This document shows, in pieces, positions 11,518 to 25,789 of a stretch of DNA of 64,000 bases; positions within the stretch are counted from its first letter, which is position 1, and each line of letters starts with the position of its first letter. Source of the DNA: Marsupella aquatica (lineage: Eukaryota > Plantae > Marchantiophyta); NCBI GenBank assembly GCA_973895155.1, contig OZ316898.1, forward strand, positions 12,299,187 to 12,363,186. Reading direction: 5' to 3'. The notes below the pieces were generated by a model. That model made no database searches. It was not told the origin of the DNA and saw nothing but the letters and a program-made list of their open reading frames with translations. The position numbers and the translations under genes were made by a program.

Positions 11518-13582
11518 CAAAGTGCCAAAAAAGTACAAAGTCACTGGAGAGAGGGTCCCAAAGGCAAAGCAACCCAATAAAGGGAAAGAAACAGAAGAGG
11601 GGGCGCGGGCTTGAAAAACCTGAGACAGGGTCCCAAAGGAAAGCAACCCAATAAAGGGAAAGAAACAGAAGAGGGGGGCGGACTTGAAAAACCTTTTTTT
11701 GGCAAGTGCTCCACCTTTTATGGTGAGACACTATTCACCATAGGATAGGAATGAAGAGTACTGTGGGAGTGAATGGAGCACTTTTTTCACCATTACACAC
11801 ACTAGATATATTGTCCTTGGGGATTATAGGTTGGAGGGAGAGCATTCTCTCCCTCATTTTTCACATGTACTTTTTCATGAGCTATGGATCCTTTGAACTT
11901 CTCCATTGTGGTGTCTTGTTGGTGTAATGTGAGATTGAGTGCTTTCATGTTCCGCATTACTATCTAGTCCGGAACCAAGAGTTTCTTACATTTATGACCC
12001 CCAAGGTCTTGTAAAGCCCAGTACTTAAGCCTAGTGCACAGGACTTGCTATAGGGGTCCAAAATAATAATTAAAATCTGTTTGGCCTTTGAATGATTAAT
12101 GCCTGTTACAAGGGCAATATGGTCAATATTAGCCCCTCAAAACATGAACTAACACCTCATGTTGGGGGCACTGTGGCCGACAATGCCCTGCATTATTACA
12201 TAGTAATCGTTGCCAAACCTGCTGCCACATAGGGTGGTTGTGTAGGTATAACCAATCTTCTCCAAGGGGTTATGGACTGTGATCGGTGAGAGTAGTCAGC
12301 CCAGGGGGCGGGGGTTTACAGGTCATGTCCCCCTAAGAGAGGATTGTTAACTTGAGTAGAGTGAATAAAATAAAACTACGTTTGGGAGGAGTCACGGTCC
12401 TGATGCACATTACTGTTTTTAACAGAAAGGCCCACAGCCGAAAGCTTTACTAAAAGTCAACAAGCGAGTCAACGGCAGAAAAGATTTTAATAACAAGCCA
12501 CGGGACCAAAGAGGTTCAAGGAAAACAAGTTATAGCACAAGCCAAACAGAAATAGTTCAACAAGTAAATTTAGATTAGGGAATCCCTGGTCCATGATACT
12601 GGGTGGGTTATAGCCGGTATCCAATAATGGAAATACATGGGAAGATTCACAAGGAGAGATTACCAGTTTCATGAACTTTTTTAGCAATGTAAAGAAAATG
12701 ACATATTTATTGAGAACTAATGAGTACAGTGTTGCCTCTGCATTGCACACAAGATATCAAGGTGAGACAAAGAAATGTAGGCAAGACATGGAAGTTATCA
12801 AGGATCTTATGTGCCGTTGCCACTACTGTGTCATCACAGTCACACCAGTGAATGCCCATGTGTTGCGGTTATGGTGTCATTAAGGTCATGCATCAACGCC
12901 TGTGTGTTGCACAATTGTCATTGCAACCATGTTTTTTGGCAGTCCAACACAAGCTGCCTGCTGTACTCACAAGGTCCCTGTTGCACTTGAGCAATGTGCT
13001 TGCATCTCTAGCATTCCCCAACCTCTATGATTTTGACAGTACCTCGACTGTTTCTCGTAGTGTTCTGAGTTTTGACCTGCATGACAGTACAACCTATGAG
13101 TGGTGCCTTGCACCGAACTCCAACCTCCCACCAATTTTCAAACCTGACGGACAGGAACGGAAACCTGTTGTCGACATTGTGCCAGAACATGAACCAGCAT
13201 CCATAACCCAAACAGGCAAGGTGCATCAGAAGCAACAACAAGCAGCTTATGTATATGGTAATGACTGTTTGGTCTGGGGTTACTAGCCTGTAACCTTGTG
13301 ACCAAAAAGTGAGTAAATGTTGACCGGCAGCCGCCAGAAAAGTTTTTTGAACTTTGTGGGAACAAGTTTCAGACTAGAATCCTAACCCAAATAGTCATTA
13401 TCATATGTAATACTTGTGTGGAAAAAGATTACCAGATAAACTTTAGGGGCACAAGGTTGTGGAAATGGTAGCACCTAGTAGAAAGGGTTACACACCTTTC
13501 TTCCTAACAGGAATTACAGTGTGCCACAAGCACCATAGGCCATTTTACCCAGCATAGATTCAATGCAGTCATCTTTTCTCAA

Positions 13583-13707
13583 GCTTACTCTAAAACGTGG
13601 AATGTGTGCTGGGCACCAGGATTGGCTTATTCTAAAACGTGGAATCTGTGCTGGGCACCAGGATTGGCTTACTCTAAACCGTGGAATGCGTGCTGGGCAC
13701 CAGGATT
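13583..13707. repeat. Three tandem copies of a 39-bp unit (gcttactctaaaacgtggaatgtgtgctgggcaccaggattg)
   Basis: Near-identical head-to-tail copies with no spacers. Confidence 0.9.
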
Positions 13708-14818
13708 TTTTGAATTATTCCTTTATTTGCTTTTTTTGTTGCTTAAAGGAAAACCTCACTTCACTTGGCAACAGAGCTTCGATGGTAACTCGGAGACACT
13801 TAAAAGACGAAAGGCTTTGTGTGCAAAGTAAATTCAACTCCAGCAACCAGAGCTAAACTCCTGGATAGTCTAGTTATCTGGATGTAACTGTTGCTGCTTC
13901 TCCATGAGCCCTGAACAATAGCTTTTCAATCCAGGATGCAATTTTTCAACATTCAACCACAGCACCCAAGCACAATGTTTGATAGAAGATGATAGAGATT
14001 TCAAACCTTCAAGTTTCAAATTCCATCAGTGTCAAGGACCACCTCGACTGCTGGTTTTTAGATTTGGCAATGAAAAGTTTTTAGAGGCTGTATCGACCCA
14101 TTCATTAGAATTATATGGAACTAGCCTAGTGCCTGTGCAATAATAAACGATGTTGACTTGAAGCGCTGTGGAGCATAAGTGACACCGTCATTCAATCAGA
14201 CGTGACAAGAGTCTACAAATCAACCTCACAATTGGATTTCAAAGAATGTGTGAATTGTGGGGAGAGTGACAAGTTGGACATGAAACAGATGCAGTAGCAT
14301 ATATAGACCCATCTCATTATTGTGAAATATGTCGCCATAATAAGAAAGCCAGAAAAAGCTTTGTGCCAAAATGACATTTCACAATCAAATGAAGAGTAAC
14401 ATCGTATATTGTATTGAAATACTAGCATCAACACAAATTCTCTCATGACCCTGGTTTCGGCCATGGCCAGGGCTGTGAACTCCCTTAACTCTCTATCTGC
14501 TCAAGCAGATTTTCCGGCGATTTAGAGCATGAGGGGAAAGCACATCCTAAAGCCCTTCGAATCCCGATCAGTTCAACTGAGGTTGAACCCGAATCCCAAT
14601 TTGGCCGCAATAAGGAACTGTAATAGTGTTGAATGTTCAGAATGAAGACACGTTCCCCAAAATCAACCGATTTTTTTCAATTGATGGCTGTAGACCACAT
14701 TTCGGTCCCTGCGCACCATCGTATAGACTCCTGAACATCAGGTTACATGAATTTGGCCATCGCTGGCAAATAAAGTGAGTGCATGCGGTACGGAAGCCAT
14801 GAAAACTTACACTACTAG

Positions 14819-15298
14819 GAGATTGGCGACAAACTTACATTGGAAAAGCTGCTCAGCTACAAGCTGGTGAATCCGTCCTGCATTCTCCGCGTTCCAAAGA
14901 GTAGTATATTTTGAGTTGTGTGGAAACTGCGCTCTCTTCCGGTCTCAAACGTTGAGGAAGCTTCATACTTCCAGACGAATATTGTACACAAACTACTGCC
15001 TGATCTTTCATACTCTGAATCCATTCAAGCTGTCCTCGAGATTCTCCTGTCGCTCTGGGATGAGATTGGCGACACACTTAGCTTGGCTCAGCTACAAGCT
15101 AGTCAATCCGTCCTGCATTCTTCGCTTTCCAAAAACTTATATATTTCGATTTGGGTGGAAACTGCGCTCCCTTCCGGTTTCAAAATTTTGAAGAAGTCTG
15201 ATTCTTCCAGACAAATATTTTACACCTATTACGCCTCATCTTTCATACTCTTAATCCATTCAAGCTGTCCTCGAGATTCTCCTGTCCGTTCTGGGATA
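14819..15298. repeat. ~240-bp tandem duplication covering the helicase stop codon and 3' UTR
   Basis: 14819-15061 aligns with 15062-15298. On the minus strand both copies encode [10 protein letters not shown](L/F)RV*. Confidence 0.85.
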
Positions 15299-18200
15299 CG
15301 GTTTTGAGATGTGAAACTTGCCCGCGAGGAGATTTGCGCGCTTCGTTTCCACCACGAGCAGAGTTGTAAATATTGTTGCCACTTGAGCTGCGTACTCTGA
15401 CCGTCGATTGTTGTTGCGCTGAAGCCGAAGATGCTAATGCTGCTGATGGTGGCGGGGAAGTTCGGCTGTCGTCTGTTCCTAGATCGAAAAATTGAGGTTG
15501 AGATCGATTGTTGTTGTTAGAGTGCAACGTCTTCGGTACGTCACTCAAGGACGATGGCATCCTCTTCTCATAGAGAGCTGCCTTGGCCTTAAATGTCTCC
15601 ATCGCCTCGTTGTATTCCTTGATCTTCTTAATTATTTTGGCCCCACCGTCCATCAACTTTGGAAAAACTTCCTGCGCAATGTGACCCATCATTTGACGCT
15701 GTTATCTGTCTGCCCAGTAATCGACTCCAGGGTTCAGGAAAAAGACTAAACCCGACACCCTCAAACTTGTGCATGAGGTTGTGCATGAGGGTACGAACTT
15801 CAACAAAAAACTTGTCTTGTAGCAGGGCATTAGATTGTGGTATCGAAAAGGCCCACAACGTGCCATTTCAGGGCGTGATCACTGCAGTCAATGGATCATT
15901 GCATCCGTACACAGATTCTTTTAGTTTCCAGGTTTACGACAAACGTGGAGAGAAACGCAAAATTGTTGAGGAGGATTGTTGAGGAGGATTTTTCAATGTT
16001 TTTCAGTTGTTTTCCATGCAATGACCGTTACGCGTACCTCGTTGTCCAAAGTCTCTGCGAGTCGTGCAATTTTATCTTTGTAATAAGCAACCCGAAGATA
16101 TGCATATTTCTCCTCGTCGTATACATCTACGTCTTCTCGTGACGACGATCTCGGTCCAGCAGCATTCGCCACGTCCCAGACGTACGCTTCTTCAACCTTG
16201 GAAGCAGGTTTGGATTGGCTCTGATTATAGAGAGAATTTCTACACAGGACCAGCACTGGAAACAGTCAATTTGGCTCCCTGTGGTGAGAACCGGACATTA
16301 AGCTCTCCGGAACAAAAGTTCATGGCAAGTTCCATAACTCACCAACATGGACCCTGCTTGAATTGTTGGTTCGCTTCTGTAATGGTAATGATCATCTTCA
16401 AACGCAACCATGTCTCTGTCTGATATGTAAGTAGGTTCCAACTATTTCGCCATTCCAGCGGACAAGTTTTGCTGCAAAAACAATAGCACTGTGCAAGTGA
16501 TCAAGTACCTGGGTTCCCAAGACACTTGAGTGTCATCCTGATCATCCACAGGTGGAGGAAGTGGCGGTGCAGCTTTGGAATAGAGCAAGTCATGGTGACT
16601 CACACCAGCAATCATGCTCAGCCCCTCTAAGTATGTGATGTGCTCCTCTAATTCGCTGCTTCTGCAATACAACCAACGTAGAAACAAAGGAATGAGAGCT
16701 GAAATTAGAAGCATTTTCCGTGATTTCTGACCTACAAGCCAGAAACTGCGACAACAGCGGCACAGGTTCTGATGATCAGACAATCGCACAGGATTCATGC
16801 AATGAAAAAGTGGGGAAGACGTACGTTTGGTGCTCCCCAAAGTGTTCGTCAGCCAACTGTTTCTGAGTGGTTGATACAGAAAAGCCAGTTTCTGGCACAC
16901 GGAACAAATCATGGAGATCCTGTAGTAACATTGATTGAGTTACAGCATGCAACTCTTATCAAACAAGTAGGTTCTCAATGCATAATCTATTTTCGAGTCA
17001 GAATGACTTCACCTGTCCTTACTTAGACTTCCGGAATTGATCTTCTCATATACTCGTCATTCTCTACAATCACTATTCGATACAACCTGCTAGCAAAACA
17101 CCTCGAAGCAATAATCATTGAAGATATCACAACAACGAGAGGAAAGCACAAATAGAACACCTGTTGGGAGAAATATCTCATTTGATTCTTCGTCTCTGTA
17201 GCAATCTTCATCAAACCTCCCTTGAAGACCTGTATTAACGTACAGCACTTAGAAAGGGACTGAAAACAAAATTGCATGTGAGATTCGCATGATAGCTTGG
17301 AAAGGGAAACTTGAACATGTTCTGCAGCACTGCACACCTGCTTTCGGTAGATTTTCTCCTCAATTGTACCGCAAGTCATAAGGCGGTACACTGCTACATC
17401 TTTCTTTTGCCCGATTCGATATGCTCTGTCAACGCTCTGGTTGTCCATACTGTGTCCACCGGTGCCATTGCAAAATGGAATTAGGTGGCGTTGCTAAGTA
17501 AGCGTCTGATTTGATTAGGACTAAGGGACACCAGCACAATACGGCGACAAGGCTACACACCATTATAACTTTGGGTTACAAACTATAAAACCAGTAGAAT
17601 ATCATCCATATACCCAGGAACATCTGGCGAACGGGCATACCTTGGGTTCCAAGCAGGGTCTATGATGACCACGCGGTCAGCTGCTGTGAGCGTGAGCCCC
17701 AAGCCCCCAACCTGTGATGTCAATAGAAAGAAAGGAATGTCCGGATTCGATTGAAAATCCTGATTTAAAGAAGACGGAGATAAGCTTGTCAATCTTCAGT
17801 GCGAGTGTCTAAACCAGATGCTCATCCACATTTCAATCTCTTGATCCAGTCCACTAGCAAAATGCTCGAAGAGAAAACACTGAAACCAGCATTAGCAGGA
17901 CATCGTTACTAAAAACCGGTCTAAGAGACACTAGCACCAAAGTAATTTAAGCCTCGTCTTCTAGATTGTTTAAGTCACATGTTTAGAGGATATTGTGGCA
18001 GACTCTCATTCTCCACGTATACTGCAAATCCACTCACAGTGGTTTCCTGAATACAGGGCTTGGAAGGAGTATTTAATGAAGTCTGTCCCTAAATCAAAGC
18101 CATGATATGAAAGTATGCAACAGCCTGCACACTGACCGTCGATCCCAATGTTCAATTCCGCAAGGAAGGTTGCAGCTTACTTACTTCGACAGCCAGCTCT

Positions 18201-21200
18201 CTCTCGGATGATTTATAGGTCCCATCAATGCGACAATAATCCCACTTTCTTCTTTCAAGTTCTCCCTGTAGTCAGCCAACAGATTATTCTTGTTAAGATG
18301 ATCAAACTTCTCTCCTCAGAATATACTCACGAGCATAAGCCCTCTAAATATTGTCAAGCAAATTGTGTAGCCCTTCATTGTCATTTTCCATTTTCATTGG
18401 ATCAGCTCTTTGAACCCAGGTGGAGATCCCAAATAATCATCACGTTCTACAATTGTGGACCTCATTGGACATTAGGACTAGTGTACTCCTTCCTTTCTGC
18501 TGCCTAGCATCCCACTCCATTCAAGGATAATACATATCGTTTGAGAATAAACAAACCTGAATTATATCGAGCATCTTCCTAGTCTGTGAGAAAATAAGCG
18601 TTCGATGTCCTTCTTCGAAAAGCTTTTCCTGCAACAAAGGGCCCACCAGGTACGATCAGGATCAATACCGAAGTAAATCTTCCCGCTACAGAAAATCAAA
18701 ATGCTGGTCTCTGTGATTTATTTGTATCGTGAAAGACTATGTACCTTCCCTAAAAAAAAGTGAGATGAGCAAAGACAAAATTAGGACACTTACAGGCAAT
18801 ATATTACCATCACAGAACAGAACAAGTTTAAACGGTTTTCAATTCCTTGACAGATTTGGTACGGGGTGGGACTTTCATAGAATAATAACCCTCTGCCATA
18901 TTATCTCATACTGGATCCATACAGTGGGAAAATTACTACATGCCAACAAATCAGACATAGAAGCACTTATCAATCCCATTGGTGCAAAAACCGACACGTT
19001 CACTAATATTACGTAAAGAATCTTCGCTAAGGTTCATATATACTTGTTCATCAATCAACCTTCAAGCTCAATACGAGTATTTCTTCGCACTGGTACATCG
19101 AAAACTGAACATGAAAACCAGTAGTTGGAAAAATGGACTGCATCGGAGGAAGAGAGGGCTCTGAAAACTGACCAGCAGAATCAGGAGAAAGACTATCTTG
19201 CACGAGGCAGAGCCACTGTTGTTTTCAGAGTGTGCCTCGTCACCGACTAATCCGGCAAGAGAAGCTGTCATTCTCTCTGCTTCTATTCTGTCTTCATTGC
19301 CCATCATACCCTCCATCCCTTCAGCTATGTCCTCCGCTGCTCTTTTGGTAAGCAGTGACGGATGGTCACATATCTTTTTCAGGACCTGTCATGGAACCAA
19401 AAACTTTCATTGAGAGCTTCTTGACGGATCACGAAGCGGAGATGGCACCCACAGCCGGTAAACATACAGATCACAATGGCAATTGCACAACGCCCACACG
19501 ACATATATACCTCAGAGCGGGTAACAGTATGCTCTACAGCGAAGGGAGAGCAGTAATATAAGATTGACAATACTTCGTTGTTGAACAGATCACTTTCGTG
19601 TGCAGATAAATAGGATGCATTCACTTGCAGGGAAATTAATGAGCTATAGAAAAATACTCACCGACAAGGCCGTCAATGCTCTGGAGGATTCGAGAGCATT
19701 GGAAACAGCTTCACTTTCTAAGAAAGCCCTGTACAATTGTTCCTGTGTGACATACAAAACATCCCTTACTTTCTTAGATGCAAATTAATTTTGAATTGAA
19801 TTAGTCATACCGGACAAGTACCTAGACAATTGGTGAAGAGGCCGAAATAAAGGTAATTCTTGCAGGGATAGGCGTTATGTATGTAAAGTCATATGACAAA
19901 TAACCAGAGGCAGACAACTGAAAGAACAACCTCGATACATACCTGGCGAGAGGTTAGTTTCAGCCACACTATAAAATCATTTTTTCGTGACAGTTTTGGC
20001 GCATCGGCGCTCTCTGCCTCCTCCGGAAAGACTTCTGACTTCATACGCCGTAAAAAGAAAGGTGCCATTTTCTGCCTCAACTCCTGGTCCCAGATAGAAA
20101 TCACCAGAATGATGAGCAAGGCATAATCATCTATGGAGCTGAAATTCATTCACATCCAAGAACAAAATTCACAATTTAATGTTATGGCATATCCGAGGCT
20201 GAGTCAGAAACTAGCAACGGAAAGACAAAAAGTAGGACTGAGAACAGAACCTGTGCAACGGCGGCGCCTAGTCTCTTCATTCGATCGGAGGCATGTTTAT
20301 CGTTACCGGAAACAATCTGGCTTTCGTACTTATTCTTGAATCTACAACGGTGAGTCAAATTCAACATAGTTATGGGCGTTCGAGGCAAACAAGCCATTGA
20401 GAACAAATGCAAAAACTGCAGAATGAAGTTGAAAGGTTCTAAATTGCCTATTTGAATTGACTTGAAATCAGAACTACTTACTCTTTCTTATCCCCCAATA
20501 GACCAGGACAACAAAAATCCATTAGCGCCCACATTTCCTGCCGTACACAAAATCAGCTCCACTTAATAGTCGTACCCGCCAATACATCCTCCTGCTGATT
20601 CACGTAATAGGACTCTAAAAAAAAATGCAAAAGAACATCAACAACAAAAATGAGTGGGGCCAACTACATCATATTAAGGGAGTTTCAAACTCAAAGGATC
20701 TTAAAACGAAATTGAACTAAATACCTTCAGATTGTTCTGAATCGGAGTACCGCTGATAATGATCCGATGAGCACTGGGTAGCTCCCGCAAGCTCTTCGCT
20801 CTCTCGGTGGAAGGGTTTTTGATGAGATGACCCTGCGGCATATACCTGGGTCTAGTCAATAAGGTTGCATGACTGGGACGTAGCAAAGAGAAATACAAAT
20901 AGATTCTAGAACAAGAATTTCACTGAAACACCAGCACTAAGGCTCAAGCTACGAGGGAACTTGGCAAAAGCTGCAGTCTCTATTACTTCATAAATCTGTC
21001 ACCATCCTTCACGTCTCGTCTTTCTCAAGATCGAAACAAGAAATGAATGAGTTCCGATTACCTCGTCCAGCACGAGGTAGTTCCATGTCGTAATATCTTC
21101 ACCGTTATCACCATAACCATCTCTCCCATGTTTGTCTCCTCTCAACACTTGCCAGTTACAGCGCACCATGTCGTAAGTTGTGAGTAGGACCCCACCCGCC

Positions 21201-22979
21201 TAGTCGTTTAGATTGGCATAAATATCATTCCGTGGTTCAGGAAGAGAGTTTCAACATCATTGAAACGTTCTAATGCAAGCTAGAAGAGCAATTGCAAAAT
21301 TAAAAAATAAGTGCAGCTGCAGTTAGACCTCACATTCCGGAGAATTTTATTATCGAAGATAAACACCTCAATTAGCACCTCCAGGATCGCCACTGTAACT
21401 TGGCTGAAACCGTCAAACTAGTGTTCAGGATTTGGAATGTACAAAGACACTGTGGTGCACCATTGAGGAGAAATACAGTGTTCAAACACAAGAGACAACG
21501 ATTTGGTCAAGCTCGCTAAACATTGGGACCATTTTCCTACAGATAAATTGTGAAGGGACTGAAACTGAGTGACCAACACACCTGCAGAACTTTGACGAGA
21601 GCCTGCTCACGGGCCCTAGAAGACGCATCTATAAAGCTGCATCACAAAGTCCAAATTATACATTAGATCGTAAACCCGTAGATCTAGTCCGGTGGAGCCA
21701 TATGAATTTGCTCCGAGGGGAGACGCAACCTAACCCGAGAGACTTTGCCCTGGATTGCTTTTATGCTTTTATGCCGTCCAGGGTTTAGCAAGCACATATG
21801 GAGGAGCGAAAGGCCAGAATCCGAACTACGTCAGTGTACGAAACGGTGAGCTACCTGTAAGTTTTCCGGGACAACCCCACGTTGGCTAGCTCTTTTATCC
21901 AGTGAGAAATGAGAGTCTTCGGAGCGACAACCATGGCGGTCTTGATGAGCTTCGATTTAAAAAGACCAGCAAAGAAGGCCGCAATCTGTTTATTCAAACC
22001 AGCATACAACCGTAGGGTAAGTCTCTCACACGATCCAGTCACTGGTCGGACGAGCTTCAGTACGGATCCCCAAGAACCAAACCTTCATTTCCCTACGCAC
22101 AACTGTGACATGAACAAAGCACTGGAGCCAAAATAGATATCAATGGATCCCGTCCTGCCACATCCAATACTCGTCCGATTTGCATACCTGCATTGTCTTC
22201 CCCAGGCCCATGTCATCACCGAGGATGCCACCCATTTTCTTCAAGTGCAAACCCCACAGCCAACGAATTCCTGAATGCTGATGCTTGTAGAGCCTTTGAG
22301 CAATGTCGGAAGAGAGGATGTACTTCTTAGTTCCTTCTATAAGAACCAAGTCACCCTCCAATCCCTCCTTCAGACATTCATCATTCCTATCTTTCTCGCT
22401 GTCACCTTTCTTTGGGGCAATTATTCGATATAAGGAATTGTCTGCTGTATTGACCGGGAGCTTCGCCTTCTGCCTGGGGGGCACCACGGGTTGAAAGACA
22501 TCTTCCTCGTCAGATGACAGCTCAACCGGTTCTTGCGCTTGACGATCCTGAAATCTTCGATAACCATTGTCATTCCTAGATTCCTGAATGACAGGTTTTC
22601 TCACGGCAGCAGCAGAAGTTTGTGCTGAAGGGGGATTAGACTTCGAGCTGCTATCTGACGACCTTGAGCTGCCTCCCAGAGAGAGACCCCCGAGGGAATC
22701 AAGAACGCTACTCAAAGGATCATCATTTCGCTCGACCGTAGGCCCGACGCTTGAAAGACGCTGGGATTGTGCGACTACTCGTTTGCCTTCAGGTGTGTAA
22801 AACTCTTCCCTTTCAGAGCCACTTTCATCCGAATCCGGCAGTGGAGCTGCATGTGCAATTTCAATGGTCGACAGATTCTTCTTTCCTGCCCTCTTTGCGG
22901 CTATTCTGGCAAGGAGAGCTGCTTTTGTGTGACTGGTAGGAGATGATGCTCCACGACGATCCCGACGCTCCCGGTCCAT
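15243..22979 (-). CDS. CHR24: SNF2-family helicase, CHR24 / ERCC6L(PICH)-like; multi-exon (first coding exon 22188-22979, last 15243-15671)
   Basis: Exons carry [31 protein letters not shown]|[142 protein letters not shown] and a C-terminal LMDGGAKI. Confidence 0.9.
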
Positions 22980-24325
22980 CACTAAGACTCTGAAGCAATG
23001 ACAGCAACTGAATAAACAACAGCAGCACAGCCAAAAAGTGACCAGGAATGCCTGAAGCGAGTCAACCGGACCATGCTCACGAACGAATTACCCAGATGAA
23101 GCAACTTAAAGCCCACTGCAAGACGCCACTTTGCAAAAGGTGTGAATAAACAATGCTTGCGCTAGTTAAATAAGAAACGCAGCCACGAAAAATGAATCGA
23201 AACATGACAAGGACTTCTTCATACGGTTAGATTGTCGCTTCCCCACCTGATAGACTCATTCCCCTCTCAGATTCTCCAAGCAGACAAATACGTGAAGCCC
23301 TAATAAGTCTCTGCTGCTGCTCTGATTACACAATCTTCCCACATTGACAATTCAACAAAGAGCCATTGGCACCTATCTGACAGACCACGGCATGAGATGC
23401 CAGATTGTTTCCGGTAACGATAGACATGCGATTGATTCACGTACTAGGAACACCTAGCAACCACAGTCTTAGCCAGTTCACTTCGAAACCCTCAGAAGAG
23501 GTAAACGCTCCTCACCTTTCACTATGGGTAACGAAATTGAAGGTCTCGCATCAAACTGTAGGCAGGGATCAGCTCAATTCTCTGCAACCAATCAGCTGAG
23601 CATTAAGCATGACAAATTGCAGCCACACATCGAGCACACCGGGAAAAATCTACCCTAATCTACACTCAAAATAGAGGCAGCTTACCATCTCATACACAAC
23701 AATAAATCGTCAACAATGACTTCTCAAAATCAACTAGACCAGAAACTCACAGCTCTTCTCGAAATTCCAAGCTCGCATCAATACGGAGGTCGTCGGCTAC
23801 TGATCCGGTTGCTCGGGGAACCGAAAAGAGGTTTGAAGTGATTGGAAGAATCGGGCGAATTGGAAAAATTGTGCCAGCTGAGCGGAAATTCTGCCGCTTT
23901 GTCACGAGCCGGATCACTCCTCACCAATTTGAACACAATGTGAAGGATGGAACATGACAACCAACAGCATCACCACTAATGTGCTCCACATAACGGAGTA
24001 TTATACTACTCTAACAACTGTGCTTCGCGATCGCACAGCGCACCGAATGTACAATTGACACAGAGGATTCGAGCGTAGAGGAGATCCGTTGTGGCGGGGG
24101 GAAATGATGAGTTTGAATTTTGAAGCTCCGAGAAAGGACCTTATGGGGTAGGTCTAGTAGGGTTTCATGGAGAGAGCAAAGTTCCTTGGAATAACATCCT
24201 CAACTTCTCATCATTGATGGTAAACTTGATGGTACACTAGAGCCTGTCAAATTATCCTTATAAGCAAAGTCTTATGTGCTCAAACGTTTTAGAGATAACA
24301 TTCTTATGGGGTTTGTATTTGAGTT

Positions 24326-24473
24326 ATTTGTTTGATGGGACCCCAAAATGAAAAGTTTTACTTGATAGGACCCTGAAGTTTTAGGTGCGTTGATTCAAGG
24401 TCAATCAATGGTCCAGATCACTCAGGGGTCCTATCAAGTCAAACTTTTCATATTGGGGTCCCATCAAACAAAT
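24326..24473. mobile_element. Small foldback/MITE-like element with ~50-bp terminal inverted repeats
   Basis: atttgtttgatgggaccccaa.atgaaaagttt.acttgataggaccc is mirrored by gggtcctatcaagtcaaacttttcatattggggtcccatcaaacaaat. Confidence 0.75.
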
Positions 24474-25068
24474 GCCCCGGCTTGTATTTAGTAGCTCATA
24501 ATTCCTTATTTTTCTACTCATAAAATTGTTTTATGACCTTGGCTGTATGTCCTTGGCTCTCCGTTCACTTCCTCTGGCACTCCCCCAAGGAAATGAGATG
24601 ATGCAACATGAAGGGCCTCTAACAAAGTGGTAAAACATTACTATGTATAGGATAATGACGGTTTGGATACACTCAGGGTCACTAGGCCGTAATCTTGTGA
24701 CCAGAAGGTGAAGAAAGTTGACCGGTTATAGTGGAAAATATTCTTTGAAGAATTTGGAAACACAGGGTTAAGTCTGGAACCTCTACTAAGACCGTCCTCA
24801 TAACACATAAATACAGTCCAGACAAAATATAACAAGCAAGACTTTATGTGCATGAGATTATGGATATAGCAGGGGCCTCCATGAATCATTACACAAAGGT
24901 ACCATTTGTTCCATACCAAATTTACATACACAAGAGGGTCTTAGATACAATTCCTAGCGCCCATCTTGTTGAAATTCCAACATAGTATGAGAGATTGAGA
25001 ATCTCTCTTGAAACAGTTGTGGCTCAAAGGAGGGGGTTATAAATGAACCCCACTCAAACCAGAGTGAA

Positions 25069-25140
25069 GGGCCTATAGGTCAATGGTAGACAATGACAAT
25101 GTACATGGGAGTGTACTAGGTTCAATTCCTTGTGGGTCCA
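25069..25140 (+). other. Degenerate tRNA-like sequence (A box, B box, acceptor stem; no anticodon arm)
   Basis: 72 nt, GGGCCTA...TGGGTCCA, which pairs as an acceptor stem. A box TAGGTCAATGG and B box GGTTCAATTCC sit at tRNA spacing. The anticodon stem does not pair. Confidence 0.55.
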
Positions 25141-25789
25141 TGTTGTTTAGAGTTCCAACACTCCCTACATCACTTCATGCAAAGGAGGATGAGACAGAGC
25201 AAGTGTGTTGCTCCTACCTTAGGGCAATGTTCCAGTTGCCCTTAAACAGGTAATTAGCCCTTTAATGTGAAAGAATCTTGGGCATAATCATACTCTTTTT
25301 GTTGTTTCTAATCACAAATGGATGGGCAAGAGACAGCCTTCCACTATGCTTTTCATGCCCACAACTCCTTTAACATTGTTGGAACACTGCCCTGACGAGA
25401 CCAGTAGGCTATGGTTTCATGGAACAGGCACAGTTCATTGGAATAACCACTACAATACATTCCTTGGAATTATGACTAGATTGATTTCTTCGCTTGAATG
25501 TGGAGGATCAAGAGACAGCCCAAAGAGTCTCAATTCATAGCAACCAAAGAGACTTAACTTATAACAAGCAGTATATAAAAAAGGCACCCCTCACCCATAA
25601 TATTTTGGGGTTGCAAAATCAGAACTACAACAGGTGGTAAGTGCAGCTACCCACAAAGTAGTCATCATGTTCATCATGACACTAGCCCAAATACCTAGCC
25701 CTAATGCTGTACTTATGCACAGGAAAGCCTCTCTCCCCATGCCCATCTTACTCACAAACAGAGTCTGAATATCAAAAAGTTGGGTGCAG

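Noticed and set aside
12487-13365. ORFs of 70-144 aa between the CAND2-like and CHR24-like genes
   Set aside because: No recognisable motif or splice structure. Possibly old TE debris, but I cannot support a call.
13583-13707. 39-bp direct repeats resembling a CRISPR array
   Set aside because: Units are head-to-tail with no unique spacers, there are no cas genes, and the context is eukaryotic.
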